Virus record (IMG/VR): IMGVR_UViG_3300026479_000007
Span: 1 to 64,000 of that record
Source: an uncultured virus (IMG/VR IMGVR_UViG_3300026479_000007)
Taxonomy: Duplodnaviria; Heunggongvirae; Uroviricota; Caudoviricetes
DNA: 64,000 bases
Reading direction: 5' to 3' (one strand)
The notes under the pieces are model-generated. The model had not been told where the DNA came from. It saw only the letters and a list, made by a program, of their open reading frames with translations, and did not search any database. The position numbers and the translations under genes were made by a program. Shown here piece after piece: positions 17,276-26,918 of the stretch (positions are counted from its first letter, which is position 1; the number at the start of each line of letters is the position of its first letter).

Positions 17276-17896
17276 ATGAAAAAGTTTATTTCAGAAATAT
17301 TAGAGGTTGAATTTAAGGAAAATATAATTCTTAAAGAGTCTAAAAATGTTATAAGTGAAAGTTTAAATTATCACCTAGAAAACAAATTAGGCATATCGAA
17401 TTCAATTTATAGATACGCATCTAACAAACATTTGAAATTAATAAATGAAGTCAGAGAACTTTATAATTCTAATTCAGTTTTATTGTGCGAAAAAGATGAA
17501 GAGTTAATAAAAAGTGACGCAGGTTACTTTGGCATATTTGAGGGGGAAAAAGTGGTGTTAGATTTACCATTTGAAGAATATGAAGAAAATTTAGAAGAGG
17601 GTAAAAAAAATAATAAAAACATAAAGTTAAACAAACCAAAAAGAGGTGGTTCAAAAAAATTTTATGTTTATGTTAGAAATCCTAAAACTAAAAAGATTCA
17701 AAAAGTTTCATTTGGTGCAAAAGAAGGTGGAGGCAAACTAGCAGTAAAACTTCGAGACCCAGAAGCAAGAAAAAGATTTGCTGATAGACATAATTGTGAA
17801 CAAAAAAATGACAAAACTACACCAGGATATTGGTCTTGTAGATTGCCTAGATATGCAAAAATGTTAGGTTTAAGTGGAAGTGGAAAATGGTGGTAA
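17276..17896 (+). CDS. Phage protein with basic C-terminal domain (DUF6321-like)
   Basis: KKFYVYV.NP...KVSFG...RKRF..RHNC...GYWSC after an LEEG site. Confidence 0.5.
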   Translation: MKKFISEILEVEFKENIILKESKNVISESLNYHLENKLGISNSIYRYASNKHLKLINEVRELYNSNSVLLCEKDEELIKSDAGYFGIFEGEKVVLDLPFEEYEENLEEGKKNNKNIKLNKPKRGGSKKFYVYVRNPKTKKIQKVSFGAKEGGGKLAVKLRDPEARKRFADRHNCEQKNDKTTPGYWSCRLPRYAKMLGLSGSGKWW

Positions 17897-17915
17897 AAAA
17901 TAATTAAAAAAAATT

Positions 17916-19067
17916 ATGAATTCAGAAGAAAATAAATTTCCTTTTAAAGAACAAAAAGATGGAAAGTTTGTAATTAGAACATTCTCAAAAGAATTAAAAA
18001 ATGAAGAATTAGTTTGGCATAGAGATGCTGAAGATAGAATAATAATACCTTTACATGAAAGTGATTGGAAAATACAATTAGATGATGAACTTCCTAAGAA
18101 TTTAAATATTAATGAACCTATATTAATTGAGTCAGAACAATTTCATAGACTAATTAAGGGTGATGGGAATTTAGAAATTAAAATTTATAAATTGAACTTA
18201 AATAAAGTTGATAATTTAAAAGAAATCATATCTGATAGTTTACAGATTTCTTTAGAAGAAAGAGGAAAAGATTCCAGAACAAAAAAGGGAATAAAAGTAC
18301 CAGGTAAATATCTAACTTCTAAATCTTCTAAAAAAAGAGCTCAAATGAAAAAAGAAATTGACAAGTTTGCAAAAAAACATCATTCAAACCCAAAAGCATA
18401 TACAAAACAATGGGAGGCAGATAAAGGAGAAAAAACCAAAACAAGTTCATCAACTAAAGCATACCATAAAATGTATGGTGAAAATGTTGAAATTTTAAAT
18501 GATAAAAAAGATAAAATAAAAGAAAGACTAAAACAATCTTTTAACAAATTTAAAGAAATAGCATTAAGAGAAAAAGATGAAACTAAAGAAGCTTTTAAAA
18601 TTTGTAAAAAAATATTATCAAAACAAGAAGTTTCTGAAAAGGAAATAAAATTTCTAAAAGAACAAGCAAAAGATATAGCAAAAATAGTTGCAATTATGGC
18701 TATGGGTTCAATATCTATGTTAATACCTATAACTTTAGAAAAAATATTAAATAAAAAATACGGAATTTCAATAATGCCTAGTAGTCATAATAAAATTGAT
18801 GAATCTAAGAGTGTTTCAAGTAACACAAAAAAAGCTTTAGAAAACAAATCAGAAAAAACAGGTATACCATATTATATTTTAAAACAAGTTCATGATAAAG
18901 GTATGGCTGCTTGGAGAACTGGTCATAGGTCTGGAGTTTCTCAAAACCAATGGGCTATGGGAAGAGTTAATAGCTTTATAACAGGTAAAGGAAAAGCTAG
19001 ACAATCTGATGAGAGTTTGTGGAAAAAAGCTCAAGAATCACTAAATAAAAAGAAAAAAAAGAAGTAA
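17916..19067 (+). CDS. Mosaic protein: cupin plus basic domains (C-terminal DUF5824-like)
   Basis: LVWHRD.EDR...FHRLIKG cupin; GMAAWRTGHR.G..Q.QWAMGRVNSF. Confidence 0.55.
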   Translation: MNSEENKFPFKEQKDGKFVIRTFSKELKNEELVWHRDAEDRIIIPLHESDWKIQLDDELPKNLNINEPILIESEQFHRLIKGDGNLEIKIYKLNLNKVDNLKEIISDSLQISLEERGKDSRTKKGIKVPGKYLTSKSSKKRAQMKKEIDKFAKKHHSNPKAYTKQWEADKGEKTKTSSSTKAYHKMYGENVEILNDKKDKIKERLKQSFNKFKEIALREKDETKEAFKICKKILSKQEVSEKEIKFLKEQAKDIAKIVAIMAMGSISMLIPITLEKILNKKYGISIMPSSHNKIDESKSVSSNTKKALENKSEKTGIPYYILKQVHDKGMAAWRTGHRSGVSQNQWAMGRVNSFITGKGKARQSDESLWKKAQESLNKKKKKK

Positions 19068-19082
19068 ACCTATTTAATTATT

Positions 19083-21593
19083 ATGAATATAAGAAATATA
19101 ATTAGAGAGACTTTTAGTGTTTTATTTGAAGAAGAATATTTTTCAAATAAACTTTCAGATGATATAAAAGAAAATTCTGCGGAATACATAGGAAGACAAG
19201 TTACTTGGTATGGAGATTCTTATCAAATGATTGTTGTAAATAAAAATCAAGTTGAAGGAATGTGGGGGAATATATATGATTCTGATAAAATGGATTTTTT
19301 AACTAACTTAATTAAGAACAGTGAAGAAAATGTAGAAATAGAATGTTCTTATGCTTATGGGAATGTAGTAAACTTTCAAGAAATAAAAGAACATCAAATA
19401 GCTAGTTTTAATAATAGATTTGAGGTAGATTATGATGGTGTTAAAGAGCCTTATAGTGTAGGGGATAGTGACTTAGATGAATATATAGGGAATGAAACAT
19501 ATATCCCAGATGAAAATTACACAAGTTTAACTGAAGTAGATGATTTTTTTATTGAAAACAAATTTAGCTTAATAGAAAATATTAAATCTTTAGAACAATT
19601 AAAAAAAGAGTTTTATGATTTAGAAAGAGATTCTGATGGTGAAGATTTTAAAGAGGAGGAAGATTATAATACATTTAATGAATTTATAGATATTGAAACC
19701 AAAATTAAAAAAGCTATCGAAAATCAAGATGGAGATTTAGGTTCATTTACAGTTCAACTTAGAGATGGTCACCATAGAATTATGTCTGCAATAGCTGCTG
19801 GTGAAGAAAAGGTATGTGTAAATTTAGTTAAAGAAGATATAGAAAAATATAAAGGTTATTATACTAAGGTTGATACTAGTTATACAAATGAAAGCACTTT
19901 AAAAGAATCTAATTTAGAAAGTTTTTATAAAGAGCAAAACATAAACCCAGATGATTTATCTTTTGTTGGTTCTGGTGACTTTGGAAATGCTTATATAATA
20001 GATGAAAGTAGAGTTTTAAAAATAACATCATCTAAAAGCGAGTTTGAGTTAGCAAAAAAATTAGTTAACAAAAACATACCAGCCCTAAAAGGATTTGTTG
20101 ATTTTTATTTTGCGGATGTAATAGATGGTAAGTGTTATATTATAATGGAAAGACTGGAGGAGGATTATAGTATAGAAGATATGTTTTACCAACTTGAAGA
20201 CTTATTAAGCGAACAAGGTTTACCTATTCAATATTTAGATAATTTGGATACTTCTGAATTAGATTTAGATGAAGAAATGATTAAATTTATTGATGATATT
20301 GATGACATAAATAGAGCATATAGATATTTAGGCATTGAAGCAAGCGATATAAAACCTGATAATTTAGGGGTTGATAGTGAAGGGAAAATTAAAGCATTTG
20401 ATATTGATGATAAATCTATAAATGAAAATGATTTAATGAAAGAGGTTACTGAAAACGAAAGTTTTATTGTTTATCATGGTTCTCCACATAAAATTAAAAA
20501 ATTTACAGATGAATTTGTTGGTGCAGAAGAAGCAACAGACCAAGAAGGTCCTGGGGTTTATTTTACAACTTCATACGAAGAAGCTTTAGGTTATGCTGAT
20601 GGAGGTTATGTTTATGAAGTTAGGGTTTCACCAAAAATTTTATTTGATGAATCTGAGGAAAAAGATATTAATAGAGATTTATTAATTCAATTAGTTAAAA
20701 TGTCACCAAGACTAGAAATAACTACTAGTAACTGGTCTCCAAATATTGAAACTGGAATTGAAATGATGGTTGATTCAGCTTATGAATATAATGACAATGA
20801 AAAAGATGTGTTACTTCAAATATGGATTGAAGCTTATAGGTATGATAGTGTTGAATTTGTAAGAAATTGTGTTAAATTGGGAATTGATGGAGTCATTGTA
20901 AATAGAGAAAACTCTAAACATATTATAATATACAACCCTAACGTAATAGAATTAAGAGAAATTGAAGATATTAAAAAAAATCAATTATCAGAAATTAGAA
21001 AATTAATAAGGGGAGAATTACAAAGTGTACTTTCTAATAATGAAAAAATTTTAACAGAATCTTCTAACCCTTTTTCAGCTAGTAACACAAGAGTTCCATT
21101 TAATTTAGATTTAATGACTCAAGCAATAACACAAGGTAGAGAAGTTGGAATTTTATACAAAGGTGATGAAATGAAAGCTCCTTCAGGTAAATATAGATTG
21201 ATTTATCCTGTAGCTATGGGAATTTCAAGAGCTGGTAATCGTGTCATAAGAGCTGTACACACAATAGGTCAATCAGAATCTGAAGCTAAAAGCACCAACA
21301 TTCGTAGCGCAGAAGCTAAGAATGTTTGGCGACTTTTTAAAGCTGATAACATTAGAGGAATGTGGTTTACTGGAAATTTCTTCAATTTTAATCCAGATAA
21401 ATACAACCCTAATGATAAAGGAATGAATACAGTAGAAGTAAATTTTGACTTGTCAAAAGCAAAAAAATACCAAGATGAATTAATTCAAAAACAAAAAGAA
21501 GAAGGTGATTTTAAATCTAAAGTCAGAAGATTTAGAGAATCTGGTGCTAGAGACTTAGAACAACCTTATGATAATCCAGAAACAAACGATTAA
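19083..21593 (+). CDS. Polyvalent protein: ParB-like, kinase-like, ADP-ribosyltransferase-like and WYL-like domains
   Basis: DGHHR; GSGDFG..VLKIT..DIKPDN..AFD; VYHGS..GVYFT; REVGILY..RLIYP..WRLFK. Confidence 0.7.
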   Translation: MNIRNIIRETFSVLFEEEYFSNKLSDDIKENSAEYIGRQVTWYGDSYQMIVVNKNQVEGMWGNIYDSDKMDFLTNLIKNSEENVEIECSYAYGNVVNFQEIKEHQIASFNNRFEVDYDGVKEPYSVGDSDLDEYIGNETYIPDENYTSLTEVDDFFIENKFSLIENIKSLEQLKKEFYDLERDSDGEDFKEEEDYNTFNEFIDIETKIKKAIENQDGDLGSFTVQLRDGHHRIMSAIAAGEEKVCVNLVKEDIEKYKGYYTKVDTSYTNESTLKESNLESFYKEQNINPDDLSFVGSGDFGNAYIIDESRVLKITSSKSEFELAKKLVNKNIPALKGFVDFYFADVIDGKCYIIMERLEEDYSIEDMFYQLEDLLSEQGLPIQYLDNLDTSELDLDEEMIKFIDDIDDINRAYRYLGIEASDIKPDNLGVDSEGKIKAFDIDDKSINENDLMKEVTENESFIVYHGSPHKIKKFTDEFVGAEEATDQEGPGVYFTTSYEEALGYADGGYVYEVRVSPKILFDESEEKDINRDLLIQLVKMSPRLEITTSNWSPNIETGIEMMVDSAYEYNDNEKDVLLQIWIEAYRYDSVEFVRNCVKLGIDGVIVNRENSKHIIIYNPNVIELREIEDIKKNQLSEIRKLIRGELQSVLSNNEKILTESSNPFSASNTRVPFNLDLMTQAITQGREVGILYKGDEMKAPSGKYRLIYPVAMGISRAGNRVIRAVHTIGQSESEAKSTNIRSAEAKNVWRLFKADNIRGMWFTGNFFNFNPDKYNPNDKGMNTVEVNFDLSKAKKYQDELIQKQKEEGDFKSKVRRFRESGARDLEQPYDNPETND

Positions 21594-24500
21594 TGGACTA
21601 ATTCTTTTACTTTATTAACTTCACCTTTATTACTTGAATGACTTAAATCAAAAACTGAAATACCAGCTTTCGGATTATCTTTCATTTGTTCATCAGTTAA
21701 CATTCTTCTATCCTTTGAAACTTGTATTATATTATCAACGAAATCTTTAATTTCATTTTTGTGAGTAATAATCCATATGTTTTTATATTTATCTTTTAAG
21801 TAATAAAAAACAGATTGCATAGCAATAGTTAAATCATCATCTAAAGAACCAAAACCTTCATCAATAATACATAAAGATGGTTTAGTTAAAGAACTTACAA
21901 AATGCAATGAATCCCTTATAGCAACACTACCAATAAACTTTTGTGCACCAGAAGCCATAGACATTGGAAGACCATCTCTTTCCAAAGAGTTGAAATAGAA
22001 AAATTCTTTAATGTCTCCATTACTCTTTATAGTTAATTCTACTTTAAAATCTACTAAATTTTTCAAAATAGAATTTATTTTATAATTTATAACAGGAAGT
22101 TTTTTCTTAATAATTCTAGCAGGTATACCATCTCTATGTACTGCTTGTAAATATATAGCGTATTTACTAAATGAAGATTCAGCTTTTTTGATAACTTCTA
22201 ACTTTTCTTCTAAATTTTCTATATTATTTTCTGATATTCTAATTTCTGATTTAATAGAAGTTAATTTATCGTTCAATTGATTAATTATTAATTTTAAAGA
22301 CTTCTTTTCATCTTCATAAAGTTTTATTTTTAAATTTATATCTTTATTACTTTCAATTGAATTTTTATTTGTCTCTAAAATGGAAATATCTTTTTCTACA
22401 CTTTCTAATTCTTTATTTAATGATAAGTTTTCATTTTTTAAATTTTCTAATTCCTTACTTTTCGATTCAACTAAATTATTATGCTTCTTTATATCATCTA
22501 TTTTCATAGAAGTTTCCAAAGATTCTTTAAGGTTATCAATTTTTATTTTCCTTTCTTTTAGTGAGTTTTTTATTGAACCTAATTTATTTTGTTTTTTATC
22601 AAAAGTTATATTGTGAGAAACTATATCTTCAGCATTTTTTAATTCAATATTCTTGTTTTTTAAAGAGATTTCCCCTCTTTCAATATCTGAAGTGCATTTT
22701 TTTTCTAATTCTAAATCAGCTTTTTGTTCTACATTTCCACAAGTAGGACATTTTTTACCTTTAGATATTTCTAACTTATCTCTTAATTTAGACAAGGCAG
22801 ATTCTATTTCTAATATTTTAGAATTTAAAGGTTTTACATCTATCTCTTTTTGTTTAGGATTCTCTTCAACCCAACTCATTATAGAATTATATTCTTTTTT
22901 TTCTGTTTCAAAAAATGACCTTTCTTCTTTTAATTTTCTTTCAATTTCACTAACCGTAAGAACATTATCTTGAGGGATTTCTTTCTTATAATTAATAGAC
23001 AACCAATCTGTCAAATCCTTTTGAGAACTATTATTGTTATCTATTTTTTCTTTTGTTTTTTCTATAATTTTATTTGCTGAATCTACATCTTTATATTTTG
23101 TTTCTTCTACTTTTATTAAAGTTTTTGTTAACTCTAATATTTCACCTTCTTGATTTTCAACTAATTTTTCAGTATCTAACTTTTCATCTTGATATTGTTT
23201 TAGTGAAGTTTTGTTACTTTTAATTGATTCTTTTTCTTTTTCTATAGATTCTTGATGTTCTTTAGAGCTTCCTAAAAATTTCTGCTTTGCTTTTATGTCG
23301 TTAAAAGTCTTTTTAGCAAATTCGTACCTATCCCTAAAAATTTCAAGCCCTAAATATTTGTTGATTAAATCATTTTTAGGTTGTTGACTCATATCTAAAA
23401 AGTTACCCTCACCCCCTTGAGCTTGTAAAACAATTTTAGTGAAGTCATCAAATGTACCTATAGAATCAATTATAATATTATTTCTTTCTTTTTTTTCTGT
23501 TGCAGCTTTTTCGGAATCTATAGAAACCCACTTCTCTTTACCTTCCTCATCAGTTTTTAAAACTTTATATTCAACCCCATATGAAACATCATAAGTGCCA
23601 TCTTTTTTAGTTTTAACTTTTACAGTTCTTTCAATATAGTACTTTTGAGAATCTATAGTTAAATAAATTCTACCACCAGCTTTATCATCTTTGGTGTACA
23701 TATTAGTTAATCTATATGGTTCTCCACCGCCTAATATTTTTCTGTAAGCAATCCAAACTAAAGCTCTAATGATGTTTGTTTTACCACTAAAGTTTTTACC
23801 GAAAATACCAGTTACACTAGTCATTTTATTGAAATCAAATGTAGTTTTCTCTGAAGGGAAACCAAATAAATTCCATACTTCTAAACTATCTAAAAACCAT
23901 TTTTTACCTTTAGTTATTAAATAATTTAATTCTTCATCTATTTTTCTTGATAACTCTAAAACTTCTTCTTCATTATCATATTCACTATTTTCAACAAATT
24001 CTTTTAATAAATCTTCAAATTCATCTGTATTCGAATAATCAATGTCATCATCAATAGATAATTCGTCAATCTCATCTTCTTTACTTATATATTTACAATC
24101 AATATTGATAATTTCACAACCATATTTGTTTTTAATAAACTTTTCTATTTGCTTTTCTTTTTCAACAGAATAATTTTCTTCATATTCCTCCCATACAATA
24201 GAAACTTTTGTTTTTTTAGGATTATTAGATAATTTTAAATCTTCTAACCTTTCTTCAAACAATTCTCCTTTTGAAATGTGTAAACTAGAAAATCCATAGT
24301 TATTAGGTATAAATTTTCTTTCAAACTTTTTAGTTTCTAAATTCCAAATAATATAACCTTTATCAATACTTTCACCATAATCTTGCTGTATTAAAGACCC
24401 AGGATAAGCTACATTTTCAATAGAAGAATCTTTTAAAGAAAAAGCTTGGTGTTCATGAATATCTCCTAACATGACTATATCGAAGTTATTAAAGCTACTT

Positions 24501-25090
24501 AACTTCATCATATATTCATTAGAATGTAACTCATAACCATTATTTCCTCTAGAGCCATAAATGGGCCCATGATACATAGCAATATAAGTTTTGTTTTTAT
24601 CCTTCTTACTTAGAGTTAATATTTCATCATCCAGACAAGAATAAATACCGTAAACAATATCATCTTCAATATTGTAAAAACCACTATGTAAAAAAAAGAA
24701 AATACCATTTCCTTCACCTACGTGTATAGGTAAGTCTTTTGCATCTTTTTCTACAATATAACCGCCATTAACTAAATCAATTATTGGTTCAATTGCATTA
24801 CCTTGGTCTAAAGATTGTAGATTTAAATCATGATTACCTAAAATTAAATCAACTGGTGCTATTTTAGACAATTCTTTTAAAAACCAACCAGCTAACTGTA
24901 CAGCTTTTGGAGAAAGAGTTATTTTAATATGAAATAAATCTCCAGTTAAAGCTATCCTTCTAGGCTTTTGTTTTTTTAAATCTTTTATAGTTTCTTCAAA
25001 AACTTCTCTATATTCTTGATGCCTACTTCCGTATCTAATATGAATATCAGATAAATGTGCTATTGAATTTTTAATTGTAACTTTACTCAT
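21590..25090 (-). CDS. sbcCD: Fused SbcD (Mre11) nuclease and SbcC (Rad50) ATPase
   Basis: DIH, GDLFH, GNHD, GDIH; GKNFSGKT, coiled coil with CPTCG hook, SGAQK, IIDEGFGSLD. Confidence 0.92.
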   Translation of the reverse strand: MSKVTIKNSIAHLSDIHIRYGSRHQEYREVFEETIKDLKKQKPRRIALTGDLFHIKITLSPKAVQLAGWFLKELSKIAPVDLILGNHDLNLQSLDQGNAIEPIIDLVNGGYIVEKDAKDLPIHVGEGNGIFFFLHSGFYNIEDDIVYGIYSCLDDEILTLSKKDKNKTYIAMYHGPIYGSRGNNGYELHSNEYMMKLSSFNNFDIVMLGDIHEHQAFSLKDSSIENVAYPGSLIQQDYGESIDKGYIIWNLETKKFERKFIPNNYGFSSLHISKGELFEERLEDLKLSNNPKKTKVSIVWEEYEENYSVEKEKQIEKFIKNKYGCEIINIDCKYISKEDEIDELSIDDDIDYSNTDEFEDLLKEFVENSEYDNEEEVLELSRKIDEELNYLITKGKKWFLDSLEVWNLFGFPSEKTTFDFNKMTSVTGIFGKNFSGKTNIIRALVWIAYRKILGGGEPYRLTNMYTKDDKAGGRIYLTIDSQKYYIERTVKVKTKKDGTYDVSYGVEYKVLKTDEEGKEKWVSIDSEKAATEKKERNNIIIDSIGTFDDFTKIVLQAQGGEGNFLDMSQQPKNDLINKYLGLEIFRDRYEFAKKTFNDIKAKQKFLGSSKEHQESIEKEKESIKSNKTSLKQYQDEKLDTEKLVENQEGEILELTKTLIKVEETKYKDVDSANKIIEKTKEKIDNNNSSQKDLTDWLSINYKKEIPQDNVLTVSEIERKLKEERSFFETEKKEYNSIMSWVEENPKQKEIDVKPLNSKILEIESALSKLRDKLEISKGKKCPTCGNVEQKADLELEKKCTSDIERGEISLKNKNIELKNAEDIVSHNITFDKKQNKLGSIKNSLKERKIKIDNLKESLETSMKIDDIKKHNNLVESKSKELENLKNENLSLNKELESVEKDISILETNKNSIESNKDINLKIKLYEDEKKSLKLIINQLNDKLTSIKSEIRISENNIENLEEKLEVIKKAESSFSKYAIYLQAVHRDGIPARIIKKKLPVINYKINSILKNLVDFKVELTIKSNGDIKEFFYFNSLERDGLPMSMASGAQKFIGSVAIRDSLHFVSSLTKPSLCIIDEGFGSLDDDLTIAMQSVFYYLKDKYKNIWIITHKNEIKDFVDNIIQVSKDRRMLTDEQMKDNPKAGISVFDLSHSSNKGEVNKVKELVH

Positions 25091-25102
25091 TATATTAATT
25101 AT

Positions 25103-26146
25103 TTAAAGATTTGTTTTTTTTAATATTTGCCATTCTTGTCTTACTTTATTTACATCAACTATTTCATTATCTTGTTTATTAAAATTAATAGAAAATTCAT
25201 GGAATATTTTTTGAAAATTTTCATCTCTAGACATTTTCAATAAATTTATTGTAGCATTTTTACCATATTTTTTAAGATAATTATCAATGTCATCTGGAAT
25301 TTCAACAAAATATACTTTTAATCCATATGAAGTTAGTTTATTATAAATTTGAATACTATCAACTAATGCGTCTTCATCTAAACATAGAACAACTCTAGTG
25401 TTGTGTTCTACAAATTTTTTAATTATTACATTTGCAGGTTCCTTACCTAACATAGGAAGTGCATTATAAATTGAAGCCATATCAAAAACTCCTTCGACTA
25501 AAAAAACAGGTATATCAAAATTAATATTTTTAGAATTAAAAATAATATCAACTCTTGCCACTTCTTCTTTTGGTGGTCCCATATAATTTGGTTTAACTAA
25601 ACCATAATAAGACCTTCCTACATAATAATTAACTTGACCACGTTCATTATAAGAGGGGAATATAATTCTATATTTTCTATCTCCTAAATTTTCAGTATAT
25701 CCTATATTGTATTTTTTAATCTTATCCCAAGTCCAACCTCTTTCAGAAAGCATATATTTAACTGCTGACTTATAATATTTAGAATTACTCTTTTTGGACA
25801 AATATTTAAAACCTTCTGGTAAAGAACAAGTTACTAAATCGCTATACTCTTCTGGTTTTTGTTTTTTCTGGAAAGATTTTGTTGTTGGTAAAACTAAATT
25901 TAATCTTCTTAAATCTTCCTGATTGCCATAATCTGAAATCAACTTAGAGACATGACCTTTATATCTACATTTCCAACAGTGAAATATATTACTCTTGGAG
26001 TTATAAGCAAGATTGTATTTATCTTCATCATTTATACAAACTTTAGTCTTGCAATTAAATTCATATTCTTTAAGTTCTCCATCTCTTTTAGGAGAACCTA
26101 AAATTCTTTCTAAAATATTCAGTACAACTTGCTTATTGTTTTCCAT
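25103..26146 (-). CDS. dnaG: DNA primase (zinc-binding plus TOPRIM)
   Basis: FHCWKC, RIIFP, LVEGVFD, LCLDED. Confidence 0.85.
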   Translation of the reverse strand: MENNKQVVLNILERILGSPKRDGELKEYEFNCKTKVCINDEDKYNLAYNSKSNIFHCWKCRYKGHVSKLISDYGNQEDLRRLNLVLPTTKSFQKKQKPEEYSDLVTCSLPEGFKYLSKKSNSKYYKSAVKYMLSERGWTWDKIKKYNIGYTENLGDRKYRIIFPSYNERGQVNYYVGRSYYGLVKPNYMGPPKEEVARVDIIFNSKNINFDIPVFLVEGVFDMASIYNALPMLGKEPANVIIKKFVEHNTRVVLCLDEDALVDSIQIYNKLTSYGLKVYFVEIPDDIDNYLKKYGKNATINLLKMSRDENFQKIFHEFSINFNKQDNEIVDVNKVRQEWQILKKTNL

Positions 26147-26163
26147 AGATATGTTTGTGGAAA

Positions 26164-26171
26164 CAAATATA
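26164..26171 (-). promoter_or_regulatory. Bacteroidota -7 element TATATTTG upstream of primase
   Basis: Consensus match 18 nt before the ATG; another copy at 26809-26816 precedes the RuvC-like gene. Confidence 0.6.
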
Positions 26172-26196
26172 GTGTAAAATTATTTTTAAAACAATT

Positions 26197-26781
26197 TTAT
26201 TTTATTTCTTTTTCTTTATTGAGATTTTTATTAGTTATATTTCTAGTTACAATATCAGCATAACCCACAACATAAGCATCAGACATATCAAAATTTTCAT
26301 CCATAAGCTTGTGAGTTTTTTTTGAGTATTTCCAATTTATTTGAGGTTCTTTTTCTACAACTTTTTCCCAAATTAAATATTTTTTATTGGTAGCACTTTT
26401 TGGAATAACTAAACTAGGAAATGCAGTTTTTCTAGCAGTGTTAACATTATAATATCTAGGTTCTATTTTAAATTTTCTATACAAATAAGAACTAATAAAT
26501 GCATTCATAGTAGTAAGTTTTTGTATAGTTTCTGCATTTGAAAACTTTCCTTTAAAAGCTTTTAAAGGTTCTTCTATTGATATGTGTTCTAATTTATTTT
26601 CTCCATTTTCTAAATTTATAGCTAAACTTAATTGTTCAAAATGTTCAACAAAATCATCTAACCTTTGAAACAGATTTGTTTTAGGTTTGAATTTTATATA
26701 TTCTAAATTACAAAGTTTATCATTTTTATCAAATAAAGCTATGCCAATTACAGTTGTAGATATATCTAGTCCTAAAGTCAT
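26197..26781 (-). CDS. ruvC: RuvC-like Holliday junction resolvase
   Basis: LGLDISTT..G, ISIEE, DMSDAYVVG. Confidence 0.8.
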   Translation of the reverse strand: MTLGLDISTTVIGIALFDKNDKLCNLEYIKFKPKTNLFQRLDDFVEHFEQLSLAINLENGENKLEHISIEEPLKAFKGKFSNAETIQKLTTMNAFISSYLYRKFKIEPRYYNVNTARKTAFPSLVIPKSATNKKYLIWEKVVEKEPQINWKYSKKTHKLMDENFDMSDAYVVGYADIVTRNITNKNLNKEKEIK

Positions 26782-26867
26782 TTTTTCGTATTTTTAATAT
26801 GAGTTTTGCAAATATAAACTCAAAGTATAATATATGTTTTTTAATTAAAAAATAAATAGTAATTTCA

Positions 26868-26897
26868 AAAAAAAAAAGCCTTCTATAAAGAAGGCTT
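26868..26897 (-). terminator. Intrinsic terminator
   Basis: AAGCCTTCT-ATAA-AGAAGGCTT with A tract on the plus strand. Confidence 0.75.
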
Positions 26898-26918
26898 GTA
26901 TATTTTTTTGTTATTATT

